Shown: in pieces, positions 20,719 to 33,400 of the stretch
How positions within the stretch are numbered: the stretch's first letter is position 1
How the letters are laid out: the number at the start of each line of letters is the position of its first letter
NCBI RefSeq assembly: GCF_964204645.1
Contig: NC_134028.1
Coordinates: 10,602,001-10,666,000 of the forward strand
Length of the DNA: 64,000 bases
Direction: 5' to 3'
Source: Tubulanus polymorphus
Lineage: Eukaryota; Animalia; Nemertea
Made by a program: the position numbers and the translations under genes
The notes under the pieces: model-generated
Told to the model about the DNA's origin: nothing
Seen by the model: only the letters and a program-made list of their open reading frames with translations
The model's database searches: none

Positions 20719-21799
20719 TTATTCTTTTAATTTTACTAGATAAAATCCATTCATTAAATTTATCATCATATCCTTTATATTTCACCAAAGAATACTTTTT
20801 TCCTTTAAGAGTTTTTGTTTTCAATACTTTTTCTATTTTGTATTCTATATCATCCGGGTTTGGTACAAGTGATAATTCTTGTTCATAAAAATAACCTAAT
20901 ATTTCTTCATCTTTTATATCTTCTAATTTATAAACAGAAGGTTTAGTTAATATTATCTTTTTAATTTTATATATTTCTTCAGTAAAATTAGGGGTATAAC
21001 CTTTATAAAATGTTTTTCGATATTTAGATATTCTAACGTGTTGTCCTATTTTAAATCTAGGTTCACCGAAATCATGTGTAACAAACGCACCATATAAATT
21101 ATTCCAAACTATTTCTGAATTATCTTCTTTTCTAGCTTGTATAGGTTTCATATTTATAGAAATATGTTTAGAATTATTATAACCTTTCACTAAATCATCT
21201 AATACATCGATATATTTATATGTTTCATTAGCAGTAAAATATTTCCACATTCTAGTTTTCAATGTTTTATTAAATCTTTCTATAATAGATGCTTTTTTAT
21301 CTAAATGTGTTGAAAAATATTTTACCTCGTTATCAGATAATAGTTTTTTAAAATGTTTGTTATAGAATTCTTTACCTTCATCAAATTGTATCTTACCTGG
21401 AATAGCTTCTTTAAATATTGATTTAAAAGCATTTGTCACTTCTATACCAGTTTTATTTTTGATTGGAATTGACCATGCGTATCTACTGGATATGTCTATA
21501 ACATTTAATATCCAAAAATATCCTTTGTTGTATTCCTCTAAGTTCTTCATATCAATTAAATCTGCTTGCCATTGTTGATCTATATATGAAACCATAACTT
21601 TCCTTGTTAAATAAGTTTTATCCATTTTCTGAATTTGATATGTTGGTTGATTTTGTAACCATGAATTTAATTCACTATATTTTATATTTCCATTTTCTTT
21701 ATCGGATTTAATTTTATTCCATAATTCTGAAACGTTAGAATATGATACTTCACTTTCTGGGTTATAATATAAATCTATTATATATTGTTCTTTTTTCAT
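20711..21799 (-). CDS. Retroviral-like (rve) DDE integrase with C-terminal chromo-like domain, intact (copy A)
   Basis: WQADLIDM, IQFDEGKEF and ASIIERFNKTLK, with tail YKIEKVL...LVKYKGYDDKFNEWI. Confidence 0.95.
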   Translation of the reverse strand: MKKEQYIIDLYYNPESEVSYSNVSELWNKIKSDKENGNIKYSELNSWLQNQPTYQIQKMDKTYLTRKVMVSYIDQQWQADLIDMKNLEEYNKGYFWILNVIDISSRYAWSIPIKNKTGIEVTNAFKSIFKEAIPGKIQFDEGKEFYNKHFKKLLSDNEVKYFSTHLDKKASIIERFNKTLKTRMWKYFTANETYKYIDVLDDLVKGYNNSKHISINMKPIQARKEDNSEIVWNNLYGAFVTHDFGEPRFKIGQHVRISKYRKTFYKGYTPNFTEEIYKIKKIILTKPSVYKLEDIKDEEILGYFYEQELSLVPNPDDIEYKIEKVLKTKTLKGKKYSLVKYKGYDDKFNEWILSSKIKRINE

Positions 21800-22273
21800 C
21801 TTATTTTAATCCATTAATTATAATTTAGATTTAGTTTCAATGACTTTATGATTTGATTTATTTTCTGGCATAATAGGTTTATTATCATTGGAATCATCTT
21901 TATCATCAGATTTGAATTTTGATTTATATATTACGCCAGAGAATATAATAATTGTGATTAACCCAATTGTAATATTATATTATATTACCATTTTCTTTAT
22001 CGGATTTAATTTTATTCCATAATTCTGAAACGTTAGAATATGATACTTCACTTTCTGGGTTATAATATAAATCTATTATATATTGTTCTTTTTTCATCTT
22101 ATTTTAATCCATTAATAATAATTTAGATTTAGTTTCAATGACTTTATGATTTGATTTATTTTCTGGCATAATAGGTTTATTATCATTGGAATCATCTTTA
22201 TCATCAGATTTGAATTTTGATTTATATATTACGCCAGAGAATATAATAATTGTGATTAACCCAATTGTAATAT
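21690..22273. repeat. Tandem duplication, period 298 bp
   Basis: 21690-21975 is nearly identical to 21988-22273, separated by TATATTATATTA filler. Confidence 0.9.
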
Positions 22274-22472
22274 ATAAGAAATTATTTCTTCCACTATTAG
22301 AAGAATCAGATGGATTGTTATTTGAATTAATATCAGATAATTTCTGCGATTCATTTATATCAGTTAATTTCTTTTTCTTAGCTCTTTTAAATTCTGCAGA
22401 TATTTTACCTAATTCCCTATCCCATTTAATTTGTTTCTCGGATCTAGCCTTTTTCTTAACGCCATCACTCAT
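22104..22472 (-). CDS. Small basic membrane protein (copy A)
   Basis: Homolog of 6656-7021. Confidence 0.8.
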   Translation of the reverse strand: MSDGVKKKARSEKQIKWDRELGKISAEFKRAKKKKLTDINESQKLSDINSNNNPSDSSNSGRNNFLYITIGLITIIIFSGVIYKSKFKSDDKDDSNDNKPIMPENKSNHKVIETKSKLLLMD

Positions 22473-22481
22473 TTATTTTAG

Positions 22482-23069
22482 TTAATTTTTGTTCTGATTC
22501 ATTTTCTCTTTTTCGCCGTTTGGTTGTAGTACATCTGTTTCGTTCTTACCTGATTTATATTCCATAGGTTTGATATTCGAAAATGTTATGACGCCAGTAG
22601 AAATTAATGTCATAACCGATCCTAATTGGAATGAAGCATATCCGATCCATTTTTGTAATTCAGTCATAACTAAGTAGTTATTTTTCAAATCACTATATAA
22701 TTTATTTTCATCATCAATTGGTATTAACCGGTTACATAACTTAGAGTAACATTTGACAATACCATCTGAAATAGAATCATTTATTCTAGCTAATCTAGCT
22801 TCTTCATAAATCTTAAAATATTTTATTACTTTATCTGGTTTCATAGAGTCTAGTTCTTGAGAAGTTATTATTTTTCCCAAGAAATCCTTAGATTTCCCTC
22901 CAGCAATCAATAGTTCTAGATGATGCTTACAATATAAATAGTATTCATAATCTATATTACAATTAACTTGAGTACAATTAGTTACAAATGTATCTTTATT
23001 ATCACTTATACCCAAATCATCTAATGTTTTTTCAATATCAATACTATTCTTATTAGATTTCTTTGACAT
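22482..23069 (-). CDS. Conserved hypothetical protein (copy A)
   Basis: Homolog of 6061-6663 with a frameshifted extreme C-terminus. Confidence 0.8.
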   Translation of the reverse strand: MSKKSNKNSIDIEKTLDDLGISDNKDTFVTNCTQVNCNIDYEYYLYCKHHLELLIAGGKSKDFLGKIITSQELDSMKPDKVIKYFKIYEEARLARINDSISDGIVKCYSKLCNRLIPIDDENKLYSDLKNNYLVMTELQKWIGYASFQLGSVMTLISTGVITFSNIKPMEYKSGKNETDVLQPNGEKEKMNQNKN

Positions 23070-23346
23070 TTATATAGGAGAAATTTAATAAGAAAAAAAA
23101 TATAAGTATTCTTCAAATGATATTAGTATCTCTTTGGGTTAATACTAGTTAGTTAAAGGTAAAGAATTTTAGTATTAGTTATTGTTTTTTAGTAATTTTT
23201 ATTTGTGATATAAAGCATTCTCTTTTGAAAAGAATTGTAAAAGAAAATACTAAAAAAACAATAACTAATACTAGCTTAGTTCAGCTAAAGAATTTTAGTA
23301 TTAGTTATTGTTTTTTTAATATTTTTTATTTAAATTCTATTAATCT

Positions 23347-23535
23347 TTAACCGCTCATTAAAGATTCAATGTATTGTTCATTATTCGGATCATTGTTCCA
23401 TTGATCAATAAATTTCTTACTAAATTCTGTTATAGCTAATTTATCTAATTCACACTTAGAACACTTCTTGTAGTATATATTTATAACGCCAGTGTTATTT
23501 GTAATATTGATAGTTTGTAGTTGTTCTGATTCCAT
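23347..23535 (-). pseudogene. HNH gene remnant with the nuclease domain missing (copy A)
   Basis: The N-terminus MESEQ...KKCSKCELDK..TEFSK joins directly to the tail KFIDQWNNDPNNEQY. Confidence 0.8.
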
Positions 23536-23818
23536 TTATTATACATATTTTTTTACTAAATTGATTTTAGAAGTTCAATGATTTAAATATGAATTATTTC
23601 AATCACACTTTACTAACACTTTTAATGTTTAAAAATCTAACTCATACAAATATAAATATTGAAATATGTTTAAAATATATCTATATATCTATTCTATAAG
23701 AGCTCGTTAATTACTCGTTACTTTTTTACTAACACTTTACTCACACTTTTATATTGAATAATCTATCAATTTGTATGTTATTCATATATATTTTATTCAT
23801 GTATATAAATATTTTAAG

Positions 23819-24007
23819 AGTAATAGGGGTAATGGGCTTTCAGGTTAAAGGTTGAGGGGGCGAGTGAGCAAAAAATGAAAATAACAATAATTTACAGTTG
23901 AATTAGGAGTGTGCGCGACTAATTCAACTGTAAATTATTGTTATTTTCATTTTTTTACGAGCTCGACCCTTCGACCTTTGGCCTGAAAGCCTATTACCCC
24001 TATTACT
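23819..24007. repeat. Self-complementary terminus of Polinton A (189-bp hairpin)
   Basis: AGTAATAGGGG at 23819 and CCCCTATTACT at 24007. Inner perfect arms AAAAAATGAAAATAACAATAATTTACAGTTGAATTAG / CTAATTCAACTGTAAATTATTGTTATTTTCATTTTTT. Confidence 0.93.
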
Positions 24008-25968
24008 ATCGTTTAACAACTGTTGGTCTCAACAATTCTTTATTTTTATCCATTGATTTTCGCGCAAACCAGTTACCGCCTAATTAGGTAGACAAAATTA
24101 AGGTCCCAACTGTACCGGTTTAGGAGGAGTCTGTACTAAATCTTTGTACAGTCATCTAAAGTCTTTTTTTTAAGATGAGTATTGATCACCATTTTGTGAG
24201 TAAGTCATCTCCAGAGACGATCTATGTTTGCTAGGGCTTACAACATCACTTCCTTGGTCTATAACACTGCCCAAGATTTCTTGGGTGGACAGGTTGCGGC
24301 TTAGTGGCTGTCAATCTATATACAGTGGAACCTCGTCCTAATGAACCATCGCTTGCACTTGTTACGTATGAAAAAGACACCCAGCCAAATCTGTCTCGTT
24401 TACAGTAAAATATCATCAGAAACGACGACCCCTTTTCTAACAAACTTTCAGTCATAACAACCTTAGGTCAAACTAGGCAGACACGGATTCAGATTGCAGG
24501 ACCGTAGGCATGTGCTACCGTGAAAATCTTGTGCCCTTTTGAAATTTAATTTTCATGCCTAAAGTTGAGAAGGACACATTTTTACATGACGAGGTAGATA
24601 ATTTCAAACAAAAAGCACTTAATTCTTCACGATTTTGACTTTATTGCCTGGAAACTACATCTCAATGCAGTTAATATGCTAGAAAGAACATCGCGTCAGG
24701 ACTTTAACTGCTTGGAAATTGCAACAAAAGGCAGATTTTCCAAATTTCAGAATGCTCTTTTTTAAGTTGTGCTACAGTCTCAGTGGTCCCTGGATCCGCC
24801 CCTGTATAGAGTCTAGGGACACCATGGCCAGTTGGGAAGTGGTTTCAAATGCTCAACAATCTAACAATTTCAATTTTCAACGCCCCTTGGTGAAAAGTAC
24901 CAATGACCTTGAAACTCACCACAATCATAGAGCATGTCACGAGCTACAATTTTGCAATAGGGTACCGGCAGTGCTACCGTGGCAACCGAAGAATCCACAC
25001 ATGGCAGGCAAAGATCCGCCAGGTTCGCTAGTAAAGTCCATTCAAAACGAGTTGACGGGCCGCTTTTTGACCACAGAGGTATCAGTTTACAGTACTGAAC
25101 TCTGTGGCAGAGTGCATGCTGAGCCAGTGTTGCTATGGTTTTGTACACAAATTCAGCAAGAGTGAATAACTAGCAAGGTATCACAAGACATGCGGTCATA
25201 GGAATATAGAATTTAAGTTTATCTTGTTGTTTTATACACTCTTATTGAATGACGTAGAGTTGATGGAGGGCAAAGCCTGGCAGTGATCCAGATAAAATAG
25301 TTGCAGTTAGTTGATAAAAGCAGAGAATTTTCAAGGATTTTGTTTATTCCTCAAAACATTCAACGAATGAAAGAAGATATTTCTGAGTTTAACACATGTC
25401 AAGTCACATATCTTGGTTATATATTTTCACAGCTAGGTATTTACATAACTGAAATATAGTTATTTTCGTGGTTTTCACTAATAGAAGTGGCACTATCATA
25501 TCTACATCATAAGATGGCACAGAACTCCAATTTTCTACCCAGTCACTATCTTTCGCTGATGCATCCATGTTACTGGGTTTGAATCTGATTCAGACGAAGA
25601 ATCTTCGCTGATATTTATATTGAATTTGTCAACCAAATCATTTGCATTTTAAACTGATTTGTGTAATATCAAAGAACTGAGTGGCTGAGATGCGTGTTTT
25701 GTGTGTGTGTGTAGTTTTATTCACTCTTCATGGACTCTGGGCTGCAATGGGTCAGCACAGCTGTGGTGGATCATTTGTGTAGCAGCTATCTGAGAGCTCA
25801 CTGCAATTGTTGCTCTTTGATGTGGAGAAAAAACCGACCGTCAACTTGTTGTGAATAGTCTTTAGATAGTTGGTCGCCCATGTTCGATTTCCTTCTACAT
25901 TTCAATTAAATCGGAAAGAACTTTTCTCTTAAATGAATCAATTACATGTATCTATGAAAAATATATCA

Positions 25969-26176
25969 ATATCTGATTAGAAGAATGAAAGTATTTCATA
26001 TTTGGTGAGTCCTGTGATAGTATATGGATTCAGGAGTCTAAAAATCCAGTTCAAAGTTCATTAAAAATGAAAATATCTGATTAGAAGAATGAAAGTATTT
26101 CATATTTGGTGAGTCCTGTGATAGTATATGGATTCAGGAGTCTAAAAATCCAGTTCAAAGTTCATTAAAAATGAAA
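25969..26176. repeat. Tandem duplication of ~103 bp
   Basis: ATATCTGATTAGAAGAATG...CATTAAAAATGAAA appears twice head to tail. Confidence 0.85.
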
Positions 26177-27206
26177 AAATTTCGACAACGAGCAAGCTAC
26201 TGCTCGTCATGCCATCTAACGGGATAGCTGGTTTTGCGGGTACCCCATTGATAATATGCCTAGGTACCAATGTAATAAGGAAATACTAAGTTATTCTACT
26301 ATTCAACGCCTCCTGGTTACCAAATCCAAAAACCAATGATCTTGAAACCCACCACAATTATAGAGCACGTTATGAGCTACAAATTTGCAATTGATTGTGG
26401 TAGCAAAATTTGCTTAGGTACCAATATACAGTCAACCTCCGATATACTGCCCTCCCACATACAACCACCCCGATTACTGCCAGGTTTTCTCAATACATAG
26501 TAAAACACCCCCGTTATACCGCCATACAGTGTACTTTCTATACCGCCAAAATTGTTCGGCACCGATGTGGGCGGTATGTCGGGGGGTTACTGTAATGTGG
26601 AAATACTAAGTTATTCTATTATTCAACGCCCTCCTGGTGACCATATGCCGAAATCAATGACATTGAAGCTCACAACAATAATAGAACATGTCATGAGCTA
26701 CAACTTTGCAATTGATTGTGGTTACAAAATATGCATAGGTACGGTACCGATATAAATAGACAAATGATATATTCAATATTTATCTCCCCCTGGTGGCAAG
26801 AACAAAGAATTAGGGGATTCCAATTCCATGTGAGGAGATGTTTCTTATAACATTGCAAATAATAATCAAATATCATGACTGTTAGTTAAAAACCTGCTGA
26901 TATTTTCCTCAAAAAGCTTTTTCTCACCTACAAATGAATACAGATGAGACAGAAATGGCCGCCAATTGTGTGATAATTGGCTGATCAAAAATATCTGTCT
27001 GATGTATATGATTCCTTTAAAAAATACCCATTACAAATTTCAAAAATGGCAAAATAGGAAGCTACAGGACTCAGAATTCGGGCCAACATTAACATTTTCA
27101 CTTCACTGACTCACGGGGTGGTCAAGCTTCTCTATCTTTTTGATAATGCCTCCATCAGCCATCAGGATCAAAACACAAAAACACTTTAACATATAACAAA
27201 AATCTG

Positions 27207-27212
27207 TTTATT
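27207..27212 (-). promoter_or_regulatory. Candidate XPO6 polyadenylation signal
   Basis: AATAAA on the minus strand ~150 bp after the stop, followed by T/G-rich sequence. Confidence 0.5.
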
Positions 27213-27363
27213 ACAATATTGTACAAGTTTAGTATGTATACCACAATGAAAGGATGCTTAGAAAGCTGAGAGGAGACAAATTTTACACCATTGCACTTCA
27301 TAGTGAGGCTGCCACATGCTGCCACACCATGTTATGATTTACTAACTAAAGTAGCGGCAGTTG

Positions 27364-27468
27364 CTATGGTAACATTACTGATCCTGCTGGTAGGCTATTT
27401 AAACATAGCCTGTAGTACCGCAAATCATTTACAAATCTCTGTATATTCTGAGTAAATGATGGTAAATC
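27364..27468 (-). CDS. XPO6: XPO6 last coding exon
   Basis: DLPSFTQNIQRFVNDLRYYRLCLNSLPAGSVMLP*. Confidence 0.93.
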   Translation of the reverse strand, partial: DLPSFTQNIQRFVNDLRYYRLCLNSLPAGSVMLP

Positions 27469-30400
27469 CTGAAGAAAAAAATATTGGTTAACTACGAAGA
27501 GTGGCGATAATGCAGAAAAGACTGTGGAAGATATTTATATACCTTATCCATTTTGAAGTTTTCAGCGAGGACACATTTCTGATTAGAATCCAATCCGTCT
27601 GTATTATCGAGGAATTGTGGGAGAAATAGTTTATAAAATCGGTCGAAATCAACTGATGCCATATTATACAGACTTATACCGATCTCTTCTTGCAAAATAT
27701 CATGTGATTTATGAACCAACACTTGAAGCAAAACATTCATAAATTGCAGCAACATTAAATCCTTGAATATCTTCTACAACAAACAATAATAAAACTATGG
27801 TCAATTTTTTAATTCATAAGACTGTTTTTCTGTGATATTTTGCTTATTTTGGTGGCATACCTCAGTTAGTTCGTAATATGACCTGAAAAATCACAGATGC
27901 GGGCTGAACCATCGATTTTATATCAGTTCTATACTGATTTGAGGGACTGCCAAAAGTATTAGTCTTTCCTTTCAAGTTGAACCAGAGAAAATACTGATAG
28001 CTTCCATTTTGTGAAATTTGAATATTGTTGCCTTGTTAACACACCATGATTTCACGGTTGTGATCCGACTAGCAGGGACCAGTCAAGGCACTTGTCCGAT
28101 TGCCCGGAACTATATTCTCAGTAGGGCAAGTAATATCGCTATCACTTGTCCACTGGGCCAGTGCATTTTATATCTCAAAGCGTGGTCCATGTGAATAGCA
28201 TACTGTAGACCTACATCTTTTTAATGAATAATTGCCCCTGGGCCAAGAGGTTTACCACAACCTTATGAAATGCTCGACATAATTCAACATATATCAGAAA
28301 ACGAAAAAGCTAAGGGCACACGAGCGTATTTTTCCGCATGATCGTGACGATTAAATTCGTCAGCGAAATTGCGGACAAATTTATATGTCCTATAAGAGTG
28401 GGCACACGTAGAGATCAAAGCGAAATTCTGACGGCGTACGTCATTTAATGAGAGGTGATTAGTAAATTGCGTGAAATCCACAATATCAGTTGATAAAAAC
28501 AGTAGCTCGGCAGAAGCCGTCTAGTGCGGGCAGACGAGCGAATGTGCGGGCTACCCGGGCAATTGAAGTCGTGTTCCTTTTGTAGGGATACAAGTAAATT
28601 CGGTCCCAGTCGGAAAAACGAACCGAGTCAGGAAACCACGGCAGAACCGCAGTAACGCCACTTCACTGAAAGATTTTTCAGGGAGCTACGCCCGATTTCG
28701 TCGCAACGCTGCCGCAGCCGTGACGGTACAGTGAGGGGACCACGCGTCACGAGCAAGCAGAACGCTCATGTATTTCCCACATGATACCTGCTCATAGAAG
28801 GGATCGCTACGGACAAGCCGTAAGAGAAAGTGATAACGATTAGTTATCCTAAACAATACTAGTTCACTTGTTCAGTGTTTTCTATATACAAACAAGAGAT
28901 CCACGGATCTTAATGTCTCGGGCGCAGAATGTTATCTTTGTAATGTATAGGCGCCATCTGATTGATGTATCTTTAAGGTTTTCCTTGAACACTTCATGGA
29001 TGTGTAAAATCTGCTGATTTCGGTGAAGAACATCATTGAAATCTAATCAGCAATCATCGCGGCAATACACGAGGTTTGGGCCTATTCGATTGTGTTCGCA
29101 TAATCATCCGTGAAGTAGCGTATCGACTGAATCTTCGGTTATTTGCATAATGAAATAGATATGGGGAGACAGAATCGATACTACAGCTATCAAATTAAAA
29201 ATAAACATATTAGACTCTCCCATGACCGGGAAATGAGAAACTAGAACCGAGCAGATTAATGAGAAGATTAAAAGACCGGTTTATCTGCGTCAATCGAATA
29301 TGCCCTTACATTGATTGACAGCGGGAGCTCAGCCAACCACAGGGAGCAGTTATTTTACTTTAGTGTAACGTTGTACATTGGCCTTCTAGCCGTTTTATGA
29401 AACAAAATGCTCCTTGAAATTTCTTAAAAAATCTCCACTAATGCGTCGATTTCTCTTAAATGAACGCGATATTCAAAATTCCATTTCCAACAGATTTTAG
29501 CCGCATGATGAAGCTACATTGTGCACATAAACATAGTAGATTGCATGACTTCGTGTCAAAGTTATAACCTCATTTGTTAGTAAAAATTCGATTTTTGGAC
29601 ACACAACACGAGATAATAAGTATTGTGTAAATTCATTGGCACATTCATATGCACGTTTTATTCACCAAAATAAGCACTGGTGCACCAAAAATCAATTTTA
29701 GAATGCAAAATATTTTCAAATTAATATTTTTATTCATACAATATAGATTTAGATTACAAGTTTGGCAAGGAAAATATGTTACTAAACAGTCTATCGACGG
29801 GACTGCGTAGCAGGTGTGCGTAGCTCCGATTGGTTGTTGCGATGCATAGGGAACCCCGTTAATGAGGAATCTCCGTCAAAACGTCATAAATGTAGGTCAT
29901 CAGATGTCATGCCATAAAACCGAGGATCGGAAAAATCCGCCATAAAAAATATCGTTTTCGCCAGAAATCTCCGAGGAATCGATAGCTACAATCTCGGTTC
30001 TTTGCATGCGGCTAGGCGCTCATGTCATACAAATCGGCACCACTTCTGGCATAAAAAAACATACCACCAAAAGGCGGACGCACCCGCTCAAAAGTGATGG
30101 CATAGGTAAACCAAAAATTTACATGAAAGACGTGTTTCTGAGCAAAATGCTTTTAAACATTTTCCTAAGTCCCATTTTCTTGATTGGTTATTTAATAAAT
30201 TACTGAAAATAAAAGCCTCTAAGGTGTAGGGCAAGTATATATTTGAGGGGCAAGTGAAGTTTCAGATATGCTTACTCCTGAGCAAGTGGCTTTTATGCCT
30301 TGGATAAGACCCTAACAAGAAAATATCTTCAGTTTGAAGGCATGTCAAAACAATCTTCTACCTAAGTAAAAACAAGACTGGTAATCCACCAAATCAGTAT

Positions 30401-33400
30401 GGTGTAGTACTCATATAATAAAATTGATGGTTCAGCCCATGTGCCAGATCTTTGGAGTCATGTTAAGACGTAACAAGTCTATCAAATCAACAAATTTGAC
30501 TATATATTATGTAAAACAGAGAGATAAATAGTTCAGGTTAGTTACTTACTCTGTGGTAAAGTTTACACTTTGAATTCAAATTTTCTAGGGCTTCTAAATT
30601 CTGTTTGAAGATTGATATATCAGGCTGCAGAAAAGATTGTCCGAATGCCTTGAATGAAAAAAAAAATAAAACGCATGCAATTAAAACGATTCATATACGT
30701 AAAAATCTGTAATAATTATCAGTCCAGACGAGACCACATATTTTTACCTAACATCCTACAGATCTACTATCTAATTTTCTTCATTGAACCTTTTACACTT
30801 TTGTATAATTTACAAAAAAATCTTATCCACTCGCAAATGTAAATCTAATTTGCCCGAAAATTAAAATTTATTTAAAATTCATTTAAAAGGAATTTTGAAA
30901 TATATCTTAAATGCTCATTCACCACGACCAAAATCAATTTTTTTCTCTTTGAAAAGTGCCACCCCTAAATCGCTGACTTAGTCTTTTATAAATTAAATTG
31001 TTTATGTGATATAAACACTTCCTATATTGGAAAAAACTAAACGACATTTGGCCGTCAAGATTGAAGGACACAGATCGAAGACTTCTACTTTTGGACAACA
31101 TCTTGCAATTTGTCACACTTGCGATCAGGAATTCAGTGAAAACAAATTAAAAATTCTAGGCAAAGGATCTTCTTGGTTTGTAATTAGCTTAGAATTTAGC
31201 ACCTGTAACTCCATTTACTTATGTTGTATACAAGTCTGTAGTAGCTTTGAAGTCAGGTCGGTCGGGTTACGGCAAACAGACCATTATTTTGAGATGGCCT
31301 TACAACATTCCTAGTAAGATTGTAATCATTAGTGCTAATACTGTATGTAGAATTTGCAACTACATGTACTTAAGAGTTGGACGGTCAATATTCAGCAATT
31401 TGTCACACTTCTGCGCGTATTATTAGTAAAACAAAATCAACGGATGATCGACTTAAAGGTCAAATCATTGCCAACTTCAGTCATGCATGAAGAAGGGGCA
31501 TCATGTCTCAGCCAAAATTTCAATTTCATTATTTTCATCAGTATTTACCAGCTCATTTCAGTATTTTTTAACAGCTGACAAAAAAGCCACATCCTTGTTG
31601 ATGGTACACGTATTTGCCCCGTCCAATGTTCTTACTGAGGGATTTTAACACAGCGGCCTGCAATGCAAATAGGTCCTAATCGCCATCTTAAAAAATTCTG
31701 CCATGCTTGAAAAAATGATCAGGAGTTTTTTCACTTATCAAGCTTTTGTTCCGAGTGACATTTCGCTTTCATCTCAGACTATGACAGGTTCACATGCCCA
31801 ATTTTATTACCGGTGCATCAATATTTGTATAAAAATAGACTACAAGTAGCTCCATGTTCTTCAGTAGCCTATATACATCAATAATTGTATACGTTTCCCG
31901 CGAGTGCACGCTGCCCTAGTATAACTTTACAGGGATTTCCCCGAATGTTTGAAATTCAAACCAGAAAGAAATTCTAAAAATGGGCTTGCTGACATGATTG
32001 TACTGAAAGCTTGCTTGGTTGTTATTTCGGTAGTAGAATTAATCGAACTTTGAACTGATTACTTGTTAAAAGAGTTAAGAGATCAGTGTTGTCTTACATT
32101 GTTACATGAAATGTTACACACGCCGGGGACTGGATATTGGAATGGTTTTATTGTAGACGTGGACCAAGTTAGTGCTAGCTTTTGGATAGTTATTTGAATA
32201 TTGCAGTGTCTTAACGGAATCTATCATCATGTTGATAATTGCTAGATTAATAATTGGATTATGTGGAAATGATTTTGCATAGAAAAATTTACAGCTGAAA
32301 GAAAAAACGAGACTAACTCGAGTGACTTCAGGTGAAGAGAAGCGAACACGAAAATAGATGAGCCACAATTTTTTTTTTAGATTATAAAGACATTAAGCAA
32401 GATTAAGTTACATTTCCTTCAAATGACAATCCACTACGATCATCCGATAAAGTTTATTGCCACCATAGACTACCGCCCCCTGTATCTTTGAAGGGACAGG
32501 GAACAAGTCTTCAATTCAATTCAGAATTTATTTTACAGAAAAGCGGTTTTTAAGTTTTAGATATTTAAACTGAAAAATATAAATGGTCATACATAGATTT
32601 TACAAATGGCTGCTAACGCAACATTAAATGTGTGTAAATATCAGAGCCCAAGAGAGTTTCTAACGAAAGTTATCGACTCCCCAAGCAAGTTATCAATCTG
32701 TGTGATAGGAATATGGGCTTGCAAGCATGCAAGCCCATGAAAATTCAAGGCTAGCAAAGGTCACAGTGAAGCGCGCTGAATAAACAAACCTGTGGCCTAA
32801 ATTTTTCTAATTCTTTTTCCTCAATATTCCTTGGTCGCAAGTATTTTAAAAACAAACTGACAAAAAAACTGTATTTCTTAAAAAAAAACCTAAAAGTACT
32901 ACCGTATTGATAGTCAAATTTCTGGACAAAATACGAAAATTCAGTATGGGTAGTAAGGTCTGCTCAGACACAGCTGCAGCGTTAACGTGGCTGTGAAGTC
33001 ATCAATTTTTAAGAAACCGTAGAATTATGAAGATATGCAAGCACAATGCGCATGTTGCTTAAATGATGTCAACGCAGAAATGCGATCACAATGACATTTC
33101 ATTATATCCATTATATTCATTTTTGTAGAAACATCTTTATATATATGTGTGTGTGTGTATGTGTATCTATGTATATATGTATGTTTATATGTATAGGTAT
33201 ATATATATGTATATTCGTAATATTATGTTATGCGCTAGTATAAAGTGACTTATAAGTCTAAATTAGGGCTGCGTACCAAATCTTTATATTCTGATTACAG
33301 ACCCTCCAACCCTTCCAATTTATTCGGAACCGTTAGGTATTTCGAACCAATATCCGCATTCCATTTGCTGGTGGAAAAATTCTGGAAATTTCGTGAGTGA

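Larger units (their letters stand above)
20267..24007 (-). mobile_element. Polinton copy A, terminal segment (terminus, HNH remnant, two ORFs, integrase, ATPase 5' part)
   Basis: Same gene order and high similarity to B 5104-8260, in inverted orientation. Ends in CCCCTATTACT at 24007, followed by candidate TSD ATCGTT. Confidence 0.93.

Noticed and set aside
24719-25165. 148-aa ORF
   Set aside because: It overlaps dispersed repeat fragments also seen at ~1850 and ~26300, and has no recognisable domain.
27860-30480. Nested MITEs (inverted similarity 27860-27940 / 30390-30480; GGGCAAGT-rich ends near 28075 and 30310)
   Set aside because: Probably real old elements, but the termini and TSDs are too degraded to define from the sequence alone.
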